From: Salisapilia sapeloensis CBS 127946
Lineage: Eukaryota > Protista > Oomycota
Assembly (NCBI GenBank): GCA_023334545.1
Contig: JAADVB010000052.1
Span: 1-64,000 of the forward strand
Length of the DNA: 64,000 nucleotides
Reading direction: 5' to 3'
Under the pieces are notes generated by a model. It ran no database searches. It was given only the letters and a program-made list of their open reading frames with translations, and had not been told where the DNA came from. Below are positions 32,420 to 43,178 of the stretch, in pieces. The first letter of the stretch is position 1, and every line of letters starts with the position of its first letter. The position numbers were made by a program, and so were the translations under genes.

Positions 32420-33917
32420 ATGAAACCTGCCTTCTCGAACTGGTCAACCGACAAGGTATGTGCACTATATAGTTTCATATGGCTTATCCGTCATGTTCAT
32501 CCTTGATACATATACCTGAGACGATAGACACAGTTTTCAGATCTTCGGCTTCAAGCGACTAACCGCCTTAACAACCGAACTTCTCTTACTTCCATATCTC
32601 ACCACAAGAAGCAGTCGCGTTATGGCACTACAAATTCTTACTGGATACCGAATGCTGCGCATGGGAAGGCTCTGGTAGCTCATCATGGTAAGAGCGCAAC
32701 GGTAGGCCAGCAACAATCGGATCTTCGAAGATGTCAGTCCGCTTCCTCCGTGCGTAAGAAGCTGTCACAAGCTGTAGAACGCAGCACTACAACGAATGAC
32801 GCTCGCATGTCTGCTCTCCTCCAAGAGCGGAATAAGATTCAAGACTTGTCGCTGTCTGCTTCCGCTTGCCCTGCACAAAGCTCCCGGCCGACACCAAAGA
32901 CTTTATTAAATCGACAGAACACACACGGTGGAAGTCTTATGCAGCGAAAACCATCCCAAGAGCGCTTTCTTCTGGCTAAAGCAAATACAAAATATACAGT
33001 TGAGACTCACAAAGAGCACATACGACATAATGCATCCGAGCTGGACCGAATGCTCTCAGATGATCTAAAGACGAGCTACGCTTTAAATGTAAGTTTCCAT
33101 AGACGAATCCTACTATTATTCCAGATTTCCGCATCATTTGAATGGCATGTAGTCTCAGCACAGGTCAACCAAGAAATTGGAAGCTTGTCGTCGTGCATTT
33201 GATGCTGTTATAGAACAAGATGAGGTAAGTTTCACATATATCTACTAGCTCAAGAATCCCGCTTGTTATATCGACTGATGGCATTGCACAGCACTATGCT
33301 CACGTGCTTGGCAAAGTTCGGGATATCTTCTATGCTCACTTCGATGCACCTCGATCGGTGATAGACAGCGAAAATAGTCAGTCGGGATCTACCAACCAGT
33401 TATCTGCACAAAAAGATCTCGAGGCAGGTGCGATGTTTCCATCGCTTAATCTACTGGAGAATTCAGTAAACTCATGTGTGGACCTGGAATAGAATGCTCT
33501 CGGTTGCAAGAAGAGAATGAGAACCTGAAAAAGCATTGTCAGAAGCTAGAACAAGATCTGCGTGGTCTCCAGTTATTCACAGAGGAACCTTCGGTTGAAA
33601 AGTCAGACAGCTGTGGTCATCTCATGGAAGAGGATGGTACATCAGTCTACATACCTTAATATTAGCTCTTCGCTATGCTGACTTGATCTATATACAGGTT
33701 TAGCAGACGTCCACCTCATTGCACCAAGCGAGATGGACCAGAATGTCCGACCTAGCCAGTCGCACGGCATTCCCGTGCTCAATTTTGCCAACCTGTCTCC
33801 TTATGTAGATGTGCGCCTCTGGATGTCCATTCTCGATTTAGTCCGACCACTAACTTCCACAAGTAGACAGATGATGAAGGTGATGTCCAAGAGCTACAAG
33901 TTTCACCATGGAACTAA
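32420..33917 (+). CDS. Hypothetical multi-exon coiled-coil protein, possible TSNAXIP1_N-like segment
   Basis: Spliced frame MKPAFSNWSTDK|FSDLRLQ... continues into ORF 32750. The later segment KKLEACRRAFDAVIEQDE|HYAHVLGKVRDIFY resembles the TSNAXIP1 N-terminal pattern (weak). Confidence 0.45.
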
Positions 33918-33996
33918 TCACATGCCTTTTTCACTTTCCAAACACTTTATTATTGTAGCTATATTACGAAAATATCTTGCACGACACGCCTTCTCT

Positions 33997-35784
33997 TCAC
34001 CCTCTCTGCAGCTGTTGCAGCTGTTCCACCACTTTTTCCAGCACTTGCTGCTGCTGTCTCTGTTGGACGAGAAGCTCATCCATCACGCCATGCACCTTTT
34101 CAAATGCCACGCTCAGACGGTAGATCAAGTACAGGGCTATCAGAGCGACCACTACAGTCGCCACAAACCACCCTCGGTAGCTGTCCATCGTCGTCCTGTT
34201 CACTACGGATTGGTGTCGAGGTACTGAAGTCTTGGCTTGAGGAGCTTCTGTAGACTTGGTCCGACTCCTGCCAACATTTCCACCGTCCTTGTCCAGTTCA
34301 TCTTCGTCAATCGAAGGATAGAGCTCTGTCGTGTTGCTTGCCTCTGGAACTTCCATCGTCGCCAGAGACATGTCCTTTTCCACTTTGGCCGCAGCCTCCC
34401 ACCACGCCACAGCCGACTCCTTGGCCTCTGCATTTGCCGAGCTCTCAATCTGTTTCTTCAGCCATGTGCTCTTGTTGAAGACGACTTTAAATCCGACCTG
34501 TAGGTGGCATTTATCGTTCTCGCCTACTGTATAGACCCAGCGACCTTCCGTTCGGAAGTAGTTGCAGTACGGCACGTCCGACACGTAGGTGGTTATTGCG
34601 ATTACGAGCCTTCTATCACTCTCCCACTTGTACCTCTGCTTGATGGTCGTCGGGATTTCACTCGGTCCGACCAAATACTTTTTATGGTGCGTACAATGGA
34701 CCTCCCGCATGCCGTCAAACGTGTCTGCTGAATCGACAGCCTTGTACTCCTCTGTCTCGTTCGACCATTCCGGCATATCAATGTCCGTGTCTCCACCTTC
34801 CGTCAGCAGTCGGCGGTAGAAAGCAGACGACTCGATCCAGAGCTTGGAGTAGACCGTTTCCAGACTCAGCGGCAGCTCTCGGTCCAGGACAATGTCGTAT
34901 TCCTCCAAAATGGCATCTGGACCAGGTGCCGAGTCCAGTTCCAATCTAGCAGGGGCGCTTGCCACAACGTTGCTTTCCTTGAACAACGGAGACATTTTCA
35001 CTTGTGGCGAAGGAGACGCTTCCACCTGTGGCGACGGGGATGCTTCTACTTGTGGTGACGGAGGCACTTCCATTTGTGGCGACATCTTTTCACTCGTCGC
35101 GGCGGATGAAGTGATACTGGCTTCCTCATCCTTTTCCTCCTTTTCTTCGAGTGCAGGTGACTTTGTCATGGCTGCAACCGTGTCCAGTTTGATCGTGTGA
35201 AGCTGTCGTAGACACTTGTAGCACTCGTCTCGAAAGACAAAGGACGCGAAAAATATTTTGCTTCCTTTGACCATGATCTCGATGGCGTTGGGGACTATAA
35301 ATGCTGTGTTTTTCTTCTCAATAAGACTGATGTCGACGTACTGCGCCACGTAGATCGTATCTCGCCACCCGTTGAAGCAAAGCTGGTTGCTCGTAAGGTA
35401 GAGTCGTCCGTGGTAGGGAAAGTTGGACAAGTAGAGCGCACACGAGTAGCTTTCGACGACTTGCTCGTCCTTGTCTAAATCAAATTTGCACTGAAATTCA
35501 GATTTCTCCATCGGTTTCCACTCTCGTACGCTCGCATTACTCTCCGGCTCGGAAAAAGTATCCACGTCAGCGTGTAATGGAGAGATCGGGAGATCATGTT
35601 TACTCCGATCATTGCTTCGTAACGGCGAGACGCTGAGACTCGGCTTGCTCTTGTTGCCTCGGCCAAGTGACGTGTCCTGTGAGTCAGCATCCGATGCTGA
35701 GCTCACGTCTGCGGCGGGATCATCTTGGACGACAGTAAGCTCCATTAGAGGAGGACGTTGAAGTGTGCTCTGGGAGTCAAGCAT
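33997..35784 (-). CDS. GRAM + VASt (StART-like) domain lipid/sterol transfer protein with C-terminal TM (LAM/Aster/VAD1 family)
   Basis: GRAM motif YSCALY...HGRLYLTSNQLCF...PNAIEI, VASt motif SDVPYCNYFRTEGRW...KKQIE, and TM WFVATVVVALIALYLIY followed by a coiled coil. Confidence 0.88.
   Translation of the reverse strand: MLDSQSTLQRPPLMELTVVQDDPAADVSSASDADSQDTSLGRGNKSKPSLSVSPLRSNDRSKHDLPISPLHADVDTFSEPESNASVREWKPMEKSEFQCKFDLDKDEQVVESYSCALYLSNFPYHGRLYLTSNQLCFNGWRDTIYVAQYVDISLIEKKNTAFIVPNAIEIMVKGSKIFFASFVFRDECYKCLRQLHTIKLDTVAAMTKSPALEEKEEKDEEASITSSAATSEKMSPQMEVPPSPQVEASPSPQVEASPSPQVKMSPLFKESNVVASAPARLELDSAPGPDAILEEYDIVLDRELPLSLETVYSKLWIESSAFYRRLLTEGGDTDIDMPEWSNETEEYKAVDSADTFDGMREVHCTHHKKYLVGPSEIPTTIKQRYKWESDRRLVIAITTYVSDVPYCNYFRTEGRWVYTVGENDKCHLQVGFKVVFNKSTWLKKQIESSANAEAKESAVAWWEAAAKVEKDMSLATMEVPEASNTTELYPSIDEDELDKDGGNVGRSRTKSTEAPQAKTSVPRHQSVVNRTTMDSYRGWFVATVVVALIALYLIYRLSVAFEKVHGVMDELLVQQRQQQQVLEKVVEQLQQLQRG
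34997..35083 (-). repeat. 24-nt coding tandem repeat (SPQ[V/M]E[A/V][S/P]P), about 3.5 copies
   Basis: Units ttcacttgtggcgaaggagacgct / tccacctgtggcgacggggatgct / tctacttgtggtgacggaggcact are visible on the + strand. Confidence 0.8.
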
Positions 35785-36351
35785 GTTTGTAAGATGGGAA
35801 GGAAGACGCATTAGATAACAAAAGCCAGTACCGAATTGCAGCAAATTGCGACCGTATCATCAATTGGAGGTCCAAGAGCTGTTGGAAGTGGGTGTTTGTC
35901 AGAGCAAGGAGCTCTGGGGATCTGTTTAAAGCGTAGACTGTTGTATGTGGGGTCGTCCAGCAAAGGGAGCGAGGTAGACGCTCCGAGCGAGGAGGAAAGA
36001 TCCGAGTACCTGTTAGGTTTTCAAGTCGTTTATTTTGCATTTCCTACACCATTCTGATGCCTTTTACGCCTACATTGCATACGAAACCCAACTCCTTTCG
36101 CAGAGTTAAATAGACTTAGAACGATAAGAAGATATTGAACTACAGTTTACAGACAAGATCTCGTCAGTTCAATCGCACTTAGCCGAGGTGCCTCGTTTTG
36201 ACACCCGCATCGTACTTTATCCAGCCCCATAAGGTAGGTTTGCACTCGGTAAAGTACGAAAAGCGTAGCCAGTCATTTTGCCCAGGACAGCCCCAAGGAC
36301 ACATTTTTGGAGCAAGGCCTCTCTACTTTATCGAAAGGAACTTCTTGACAA

Positions 36352-36766
36352 ATGGGTTACTCGGAGCTTAGCGCCACGCAGAGGGATGAGCTAGTCACGT
36401 CGCTAGCCGTCTTGGCCGTCTACGACGCCGATGCCGAACTCTCGGCCGACAACATCTCGGCCGCCGTCACGGCCTCTGGCAACAAGGTCAACGCCTACAT
36501 GCCGCAGATCTTCGCCGACTTGATCAACCGCGGACTTGCCGTTGACAAGTTCCTCGCTGGTCCTTCTGCCGGTTCGTTTTTTTAGATATAGTAGTATTCG
36601 TACGTTGTATTCACTCGGTCATATAGGTGGCGCTGCTGCTGGTGGTGCTGCTGCCGGTGCCGCTGCTGGCGGTGAGGCCGCGGAGGAAGCCGCTGCCGAG
36701 GAGGAAGAGGAAGAGATGGACCTCGGAGGTGGCATGGACATGTTCGGAGGTGGAGAGGACTACTAG
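36352..36766 (+). CDS. RPLP1: 60S acidic ribosomal protein P1, 2 exons
   Basis: ELVTSLAVLAVYD...AVTASGNKV, Ala/Gly hinge, acidic tail EEEEEMDLGGGMDMFG. Intron at about 36572-36626. Confidence 0.88.
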
Positions 36767-36883
36767 GGTGCTCGTCGACGCCTCTAGATCGGTATGTACG
36801 CCTTGCCTCCGGAGAATGAAAAGATAATAGCAAGTATATTTCGTTCTCCCAAGCCGCCAATACTTCGTCTTCGTACCCATTGT

Positions 36884-39463
36884 CTAGCCATTCAGGACCT
36901 TGAGCCTCGCGTCGTTATGTAAGCGCTGGTCCATTTCCATGTACTTTTGCAGAGCCGTTTCTTCATGACTGCTGAGCCGCTGCTCCAGAATCTGGATGCG
37001 GAACATGGTGTCGCTGCAGAATCGCTCGAACTCGTCATCCGTGCCTTGTTCGTGCTCTCTCTGGCTTCGCTGGAACGCTGCCTGGCGCTTCGCGAGTGAC
37101 GCATTCTCCTTGTCAAGACGGCTCTGGATGATCGTCGCTCGCTCCAGCAGTCTCTCTTTGAGATTGCGCAGACACATGTCTCGCACCGTTATAGCGTCTT
37201 CCTTGGACAATTCGGCATTCGAATGAAGGTTCAAGTGCTGAAGGAATGGACCCAAGTAGTCCATCGACGCAGAGTCCTATTATACTATCAGCTACGCATC
37301 TGCAACAAAGAAAAATTGTATACGCACGTCCTTGGTCTGGTTTCCTGCGCCTTCCTCTGCATCTTCCTTCCCTTCACCGTCTCCAGCGTCAAAGATGCTC
37401 GTCTCTAAGCCCACGACGATCTCTTCTCTCTTCCTGTGCTTGAGAATGTCTTGAACTTCCATCTCGGAATGTCTCGAAGCAGCAAAACAGTCTTTCTCTT
37501 TCTATATCCGACTGAGTTATTACATCTTTATACACTTAAGGCCTCATCCTACCTGCAGCACAAGACGCAGCTCTTCGTCCAATATCTTTTGCTTCGGCTG
37601 AGGCATCGTCGGGTCGGCCAACAGCACTTCTGTACGACCCGGATCGGACTTGTAAAACACTCTCGAACTAGAAGTGATCTTGCCCGCCGCATAGTGGTAC
37701 ATGACACGGATGGATCCTTCCTGCACTTCATACACGCGTGCTCTCGTGTCATAGTCTGCTTCCTTGGCACTGTTCCGCTCAAACTTCTCCTTCATCTTCT
37801 TCACCGAGACTTCACTTGCCGCACCACCTGGAAACACATACGGATTCCTCACATCACTCTCTTCATCCGGACCGGCGAGAAGCACCTTTCGAAAGACGAG
37901 AAAGTCATCTCGGTCTCGAAAGTACTCGTAAACACGCTCTTGAATAAGTTCTTCTCTCTTCACCAATCCATCCAGTCGAGCGCTCGTGTAAAACGTCAAC
38001 TCCCTCTTCCGTCCGCTCCACTCCTTTCGAGACTGAAGTGCATCAGGAGCGCGACCAGGCTCAAAATACTCTTCGAATCGACCTTCAAACGGATATCGTC
38101 GTCGAGCTTCCAGCTTGTCTTTTCGGTTGCGAAAGTACTCTCGAACTTCCTGCAGGAGGGTCCGTCCGTAGTCCTTGTAGATGGAAACCCGGGTGATCAG
38201 GCCTTGAGGATGACTGCTCTCGGCGTACTCTTCCAGCTTGGCGCACTCATAGTACGTCACGCGTTGGAGGTTGGAAACGTACCTCTTCTTGTACACCGCT
38301 TTGGACACCTGCAGCTTTGGCACCCACGACGGAGGAACTTCCAGAACAAGCTCACGCGAGTCTGCATTGTCTTCATCTTCGTTATTTCCATCGCTAAGAT
38401 CGTTCATGTCCATAGCTTCCGGATCGCCATCGTCATTCGGCTTGTGACCTCCAGCCGAGAGAAATACAAACTCCCAGTCGGTCGGATTCGCCAGGTCAAA
38501 GAGCATCGTTGACATGCTCTGCGTCTGCATGTTCACCCATATATTCTCATCGTTCCACACGCTTTCAATGTCAATGTAAGGAGATTCTTTCGTCCCGTAC
38601 GTCCGTCCTGTCGAGGGCTCGATAAAGACATGATCCTCCAGTCCTCGCTTCCCTGCTCTCAGTAGCACCCACGCATGCACTCGCTTCCCATCCAACTCGT
38701 CCTTCTCGACCTCCCTCTCATTATAAAAAGACTCGGCCAGCTTTTTCTCTTCCTTCAACTTGGCTTGCGCTTCCCGAGTGCTCTTCTGGTCAGTGAGATA
38801 TTTGCTCCTACTATCTGCATCCTTCTCCCCAATGAATGTGGGTTTATACGTGCAGACAGGCTTGCTGTCAGCTACATCTTCTTGCGCGTGGATCACTTCT
38901 TGCAACGCGTGACTCGGTAGTAGAGTGCTTCCTTGGTCATGCAGACAGATCCATTTTGGCGCGTAACCGTGGACGACAAACGCATCATACCCGGCTCCGA
39001 TCAGAAAGGATGTGAGTAAGATAGACATGTCGAAGCAGTCTCCAGCAGCGCTATCTAGGGTAAATGCTGGTGATGGTAGGTAGTGGGGAGGTTTGAGAGC
39101 ATCTTCGAGAGGCTCATACTTGACGATGCCAGCAGTGAATTGAGCCAAGCGTTCATAGTCGTACATTTCTCGAAACGGGAGCAACGTCGGCCGAATGGTC
39201 GTGCTGACAATCTTCGGGATGCCATGCTCGTTGCGAGGGCAAATGAATAATGGCTTCCGATGGGGACAAAGTTGCTCGAATTGTCGCTGGAAGCCTCTAA
39301 TGTACTCAAGACAAATGAGTTCCTTGAAGGAGTTACTTGAACCGATGGACGAAGTATCAGACGACACACACTCTTCGACTCTCTCGCGCTTTTTGCTCGT
39401 CACGCCGTCGACGGTGCACTCGCCCTTCCATGTCCGTCCATCAACCTCGTTCACTGTCGCCAT
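36884..39463 (-). CDS. DRC7: Dynein regulatory complex subunit 7 (DRC7/CCDC135), 3 exons
   Basis: TTIRPTLLP, YEPL, GDCFDMSILLTSFLIGAGYDAFVVHGYA, HAWVLL, FIEPSTG (transglutaminase-like), and C-terminal DYLGPFL...CLRNLKERLLERATIIQSRL. Confidence 0.9.
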
Positions 39464-39886
39464 GACGGCCAATATCAACTCGATCAGCCGTTTCCATGCG
39501 AGAGAGTTTCATCAAGTCTAAATAAAGTCCACCTTGCCTTTAAGTACCATTGTCCTAATTTTCGAAGAGGACCGATCCTTCCTTTTTCTGACCACCATCC
39601 TCTCTCCCATGCCAACGTCATCCAGCCCTGATGGATGATCCTACCGCCACGCCTGTCATTTTAAAAAGCAACGCCAGCGACAACAAGACTTGCGCTCGTG
39701 GACGCCTTCATCGAGTCGAACTTGAATATCGCATTTTTCTTAGACTCTCTTTCTTTGCGTCAATCGTCGATCGTGACGTACGAATCGGCCGAGAGCTTAT
39801 TTTCCACTTTCCGCAGCCAGAGACGATTCTTTCTTCAGCGACAAGCGTTTGAAGAAGGTCACAAAGATATTCGCTAGACAGTGATC

Positions 39887-40441
39887 ATGAGCAAGCAGCA
39901 GAACCAGCCATCGGTGGCGCAGCAACTCTACGCCACGTGCGGCAAGGAGATCGAGGCGTTCTGTTTTCACGAGGCCGAGCTGGCCAGAGTCAACTACGAG
40001 ACGCAGCAAGAGACCTTGAATGCAAAGCAGACGCTGTACGACTGCATGGCTGAGCACACAGATGAGCTCGCGAGAGACTGCATCAACGTAGTACTCAGTG
40101 CCATCGTCCAGAACGAGAAGACACACTCAACCGGTGCAACAGATGCGCCTGCTCAGCTCGATGACGACGACTCGGTAGAGATTACTATCCACTATCTACG
40201 GCACCACGCGAAAGACCACGTGGACTCTAGTGTCGGAGGAACCGCCGCCGTCCAGCAGTATGATGCAGCAAAGGGGACGACTGGATCGGATGGCTTTCCG
40301 TATCCATACTTTGCTGGGGCGCTCATTACGCCCTTCTTCCTCCTCGGACTCTTCGTATCACTAGGACACGTACGAGCGTGGTTCCGACGTCGAAGCCAAA
40401 TGCGGATCGAAACGAGCAAATTGTATCAACCGGTGAACTGA
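39887..40441 (+). CDS. Small membrane protein with a GLG1/Cys-rich-FGFR-like repeat (5' end uncertain)
   Basis: LYATCGKEIEAFC...LYDCMAEHTDELARDC cysteine spacing, then TM FAGALITPFFLLGLFVSLG followed by RRR. Confidence 0.55.
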   Translation: MSKQQNQPSVAQQLYATCGKEIEAFCFHEAELARVNYETQQETLNAKQTLYDCMAEHTDELARDCINVVLSAIVQNEKTHSTGATDAPAQLDDDDSVEITIHYLRHHAKDHVDSSVGGTAAVQQYDAAKGTTGSDGFPYPYFAGALITPFFLLGLFVSLGHVRAWFRRRSQMRIETSKLYQPVN

Positions 40442-40659
40442 GCGCTCGGATGAAATTACACTTCCCACCACTATCGCCCTTTCGAGTGGACGACTCGACG
40501 GAGACATTATTCTTCATCTTTCCAACTAGCTAGCTCTCCATGTAAATGTATCTTGACGGCATGTAATAATCATCAAATGCCAGAAATGAATCCGTTGCTC
40601 TACTAGTATGTTTGTATTTCTGGAACCGTTTTACTTGTCAACTGCTTACTGTCCGAATC

Positions 40660-43053
40660 ATGAGTGATGCGGTTCCTTCACGAGCATCCAACCGAGCCTC
40701 TAGCAAGGAAAAGGTGGCTCCATTGTCCAAACTTTTCTCGCCACGGTTATCCAAGGCATCTCGGCCGTCTTTGACTCCAAAGGCCCAACGATCCTCCGTC
40801 TTTGGCGAGCTTAGGAGGACTTTGTCAGGCAGCATGCTTCAACGTCAAAGTCAATCATCCAGTGCCAACCAGGAAAAGCAGCATCAATTAGTTGAAACGA
40901 AAGAAGGTCTAGTCAAGTCACTGAAAGAAGCGTTTGAAGCTAGTATCTGTCTACTGGATGAGATCGAAGATAAGAAACTCCTGTCAGTTCGGTTTGGGGG
41001 TGAGCTACGTGGTTTACTAGGCAAGGCCCAAGACGAGTTTCTGGCTTATGAAGATGACTTTCAGCAGAACCAGAACGAAGAAGGTGTTTCGATAGCTCTA
41101 CAGAACCTGGCTGCTTCAATGATGCAGATAGAGCCCATCGTCCAAAAACTGAAGTCGACAAACTATTTCGTTAACAAAAAGTTTAAGAAGGAGGTGCTCT
41201 TCGCCTTCCAGGAGATTAACACCATGTACATGTCGCTTTTCATGGAACTGTCGATGGCCATGGCCAAACATTCAGGTCTGGAGCTTCCTCTTCCAACTTC
41301 CCGATTGATCCGAGACGCTGACATGCAAACTCCAAAATCCGCTGAGGAGTATTGCCTCGAAGGCCATCAGTACTACTTCGGGCATGACCGAGCACAAGAC
41401 AAGGAAAAAGCCTTTGGCGCATACAAAGTGAATTTTTATTTTAGATTATCTCTTTATGCTTGAACTAACTTTTGCTGTAGGAAGCTGCTGCTTTGGGCAG
41501 TATCGATGCAATGGTATGTTTGGGAAAAATGTACCTGGCTGGAGATGGCGTGGAGAAAGACATGAAATTTGCTCAAGACTGGCTAGAAGACGCAGTGCGA
41601 CACGGAAGTATCGAGTCTTGCTATGCTCTTGGTGGTCTCTTGGTAGGCAATTGAAACAACTAGAGGAGATGCTTACATATATTACTCACTACTGCTGACG
41701 TAGTTGGAGCTGGCTCAACACCAGGATGACCAGATCAAGCGGCAGGAACTCCATGTCATGGCTGCTGCTAGACTCACGCATGCCGCTGAAAATGGACATC
41801 GACAAGCTCAATATAATCTAGGTACTACTTCTTTTACAAAGGTATTGACTACATCTTGACACCTGCAGTCCACAGGAAGTATTTACGAAGACGGACGAGC
41901 TGGAAGCAAGGATCTAGACAAAGCAATGTCCTGGTATCGAAAGGCAGCCGACAAAGGCCACACGAGAGCCGAATCTAGTCTTGGCAGACTTCTTCTCGAA
42001 GGCGATCCCGCCATTCGTAACTCAGCTCACGCCATCCACTTCCTCCAGCGTGCTGCCACCAAGGTCTTCCCTATAGTGCTCTCTCTCTCTGTAGATAGTA
42101 ATCAGCTCACTTTAGCACGAGAATCTAGGGCGATAGTAGAGCTCAACTGTACTTGGGGAATGTATATCGCAATGGGACCGGTGTTTCCGTCGACATTGAC
42201 CATGCCGTCGCCTACTATCGCAAAGTAAGTGGAAACTTTCTCATGCCAAATGACCATGCTCATCATCGCTTCATTGTAGGCTTCGGAAGGCGGAGAGCTT
42301 GAAGCCAAACTTCAGCTTGCTAAGGTACTCGTAAGCGCCTATGCCAATGGTCCTTCCATCCAAATACACAGTAGTGAAGATCGACATGAAGAAGCTTTGC
42401 AACTTCTCCTCACTGCTGCTCGAGGAGGTTTGTCCGAGGCATACTTTTGTCTTGGGGATGTTTTTGATAACGGGGTCTTCGTCAGCGATAAAGCTGCAGC
42501 GCTTGGCTTTTACATGAAAGCAGCTTCATCTACTCCTGTACGCCTTTCGATACCAATTAACAAAGTTACCATACGTGTAACATCTATCTAGTGCCATGTG
42601 CAAGCAGCAGTTCGAGCAGCAGATATCCATTACGCCAATTTAGACAAACGAAAAGCTCATCACTTCTACTCACTTGCTGCAACTGCCAACGACCCTCATG
42701 CACTCAACGCGCTTGGTAAAAGTTTTCTCCACCCAAAAGCATACTTGTATTTCACCTGTCTACGCTAGGGCTCATGTACGAAGATGGCGAGGGGTGTGAG
42801 CATAACTTCCAAAGAGCTGCCGAGTGCTTCCGCCAGGCAGCAGACTTACACCACGCCCATGCTCACTTCAATCTTGGCTGTCTCTACGCCCATGGCAAAG
42901 GTGTCCTCAGGAGCAAAGACGCAGCCCAGCATCACTTCCTCAAAGTACATTCCACCACGCGTATGCTCCAGGCACTAGTTGCTAATGTCCTAATAGGCAC
43001 ATGAGCTAGGGTACGCTCTCGCCGTTCCTTTCCTCGACGCTTCACACGCATAG
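40660..43053 (+). CDS. SEL1-repeat protein with N-terminal helical (MLKL-like) domain, multi-exon
   Basis: Repeated SEL1 units (AMSWYRKAADKGHTRAESSLG, AAECFRQAADLHHAHAHFNLGCLYAHGKGV) across short exons. Exon 1 is helical. Confidence 0.82.
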
Positions 43054-43178
43054 AAAGCAGTCAGCGTATGGAGACAAGTAGGAAGAGAGGTATATACCTG
43101 CGATCCATGCACGAGAAGAGGCTAGACTAAGGCAACACGAGGTCGAAAATTAAAGCGAAAGAAGAATTGTTTTGAAAT

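Noticed and set aside
36127-36260. Inverted repeats upstream of RPLP1 (CGTACTTTA/TAAAGTACG and TTGAACT/AGTTCAA)
   Set aside because: Several 7-9 bp inverted repeats are expected by chance in 64 kb, and there are no tRNA, snRNA or MITE hallmarks.
37436-38512. Long antisense ORFs (e.g. 37436-38512 +, 53147-53557 -, 51317-52045 -, 29684-30388 +)
   Set aside because: They are shadows of well-supported genes on the opposite strand, caused by codon bias and low complexity.
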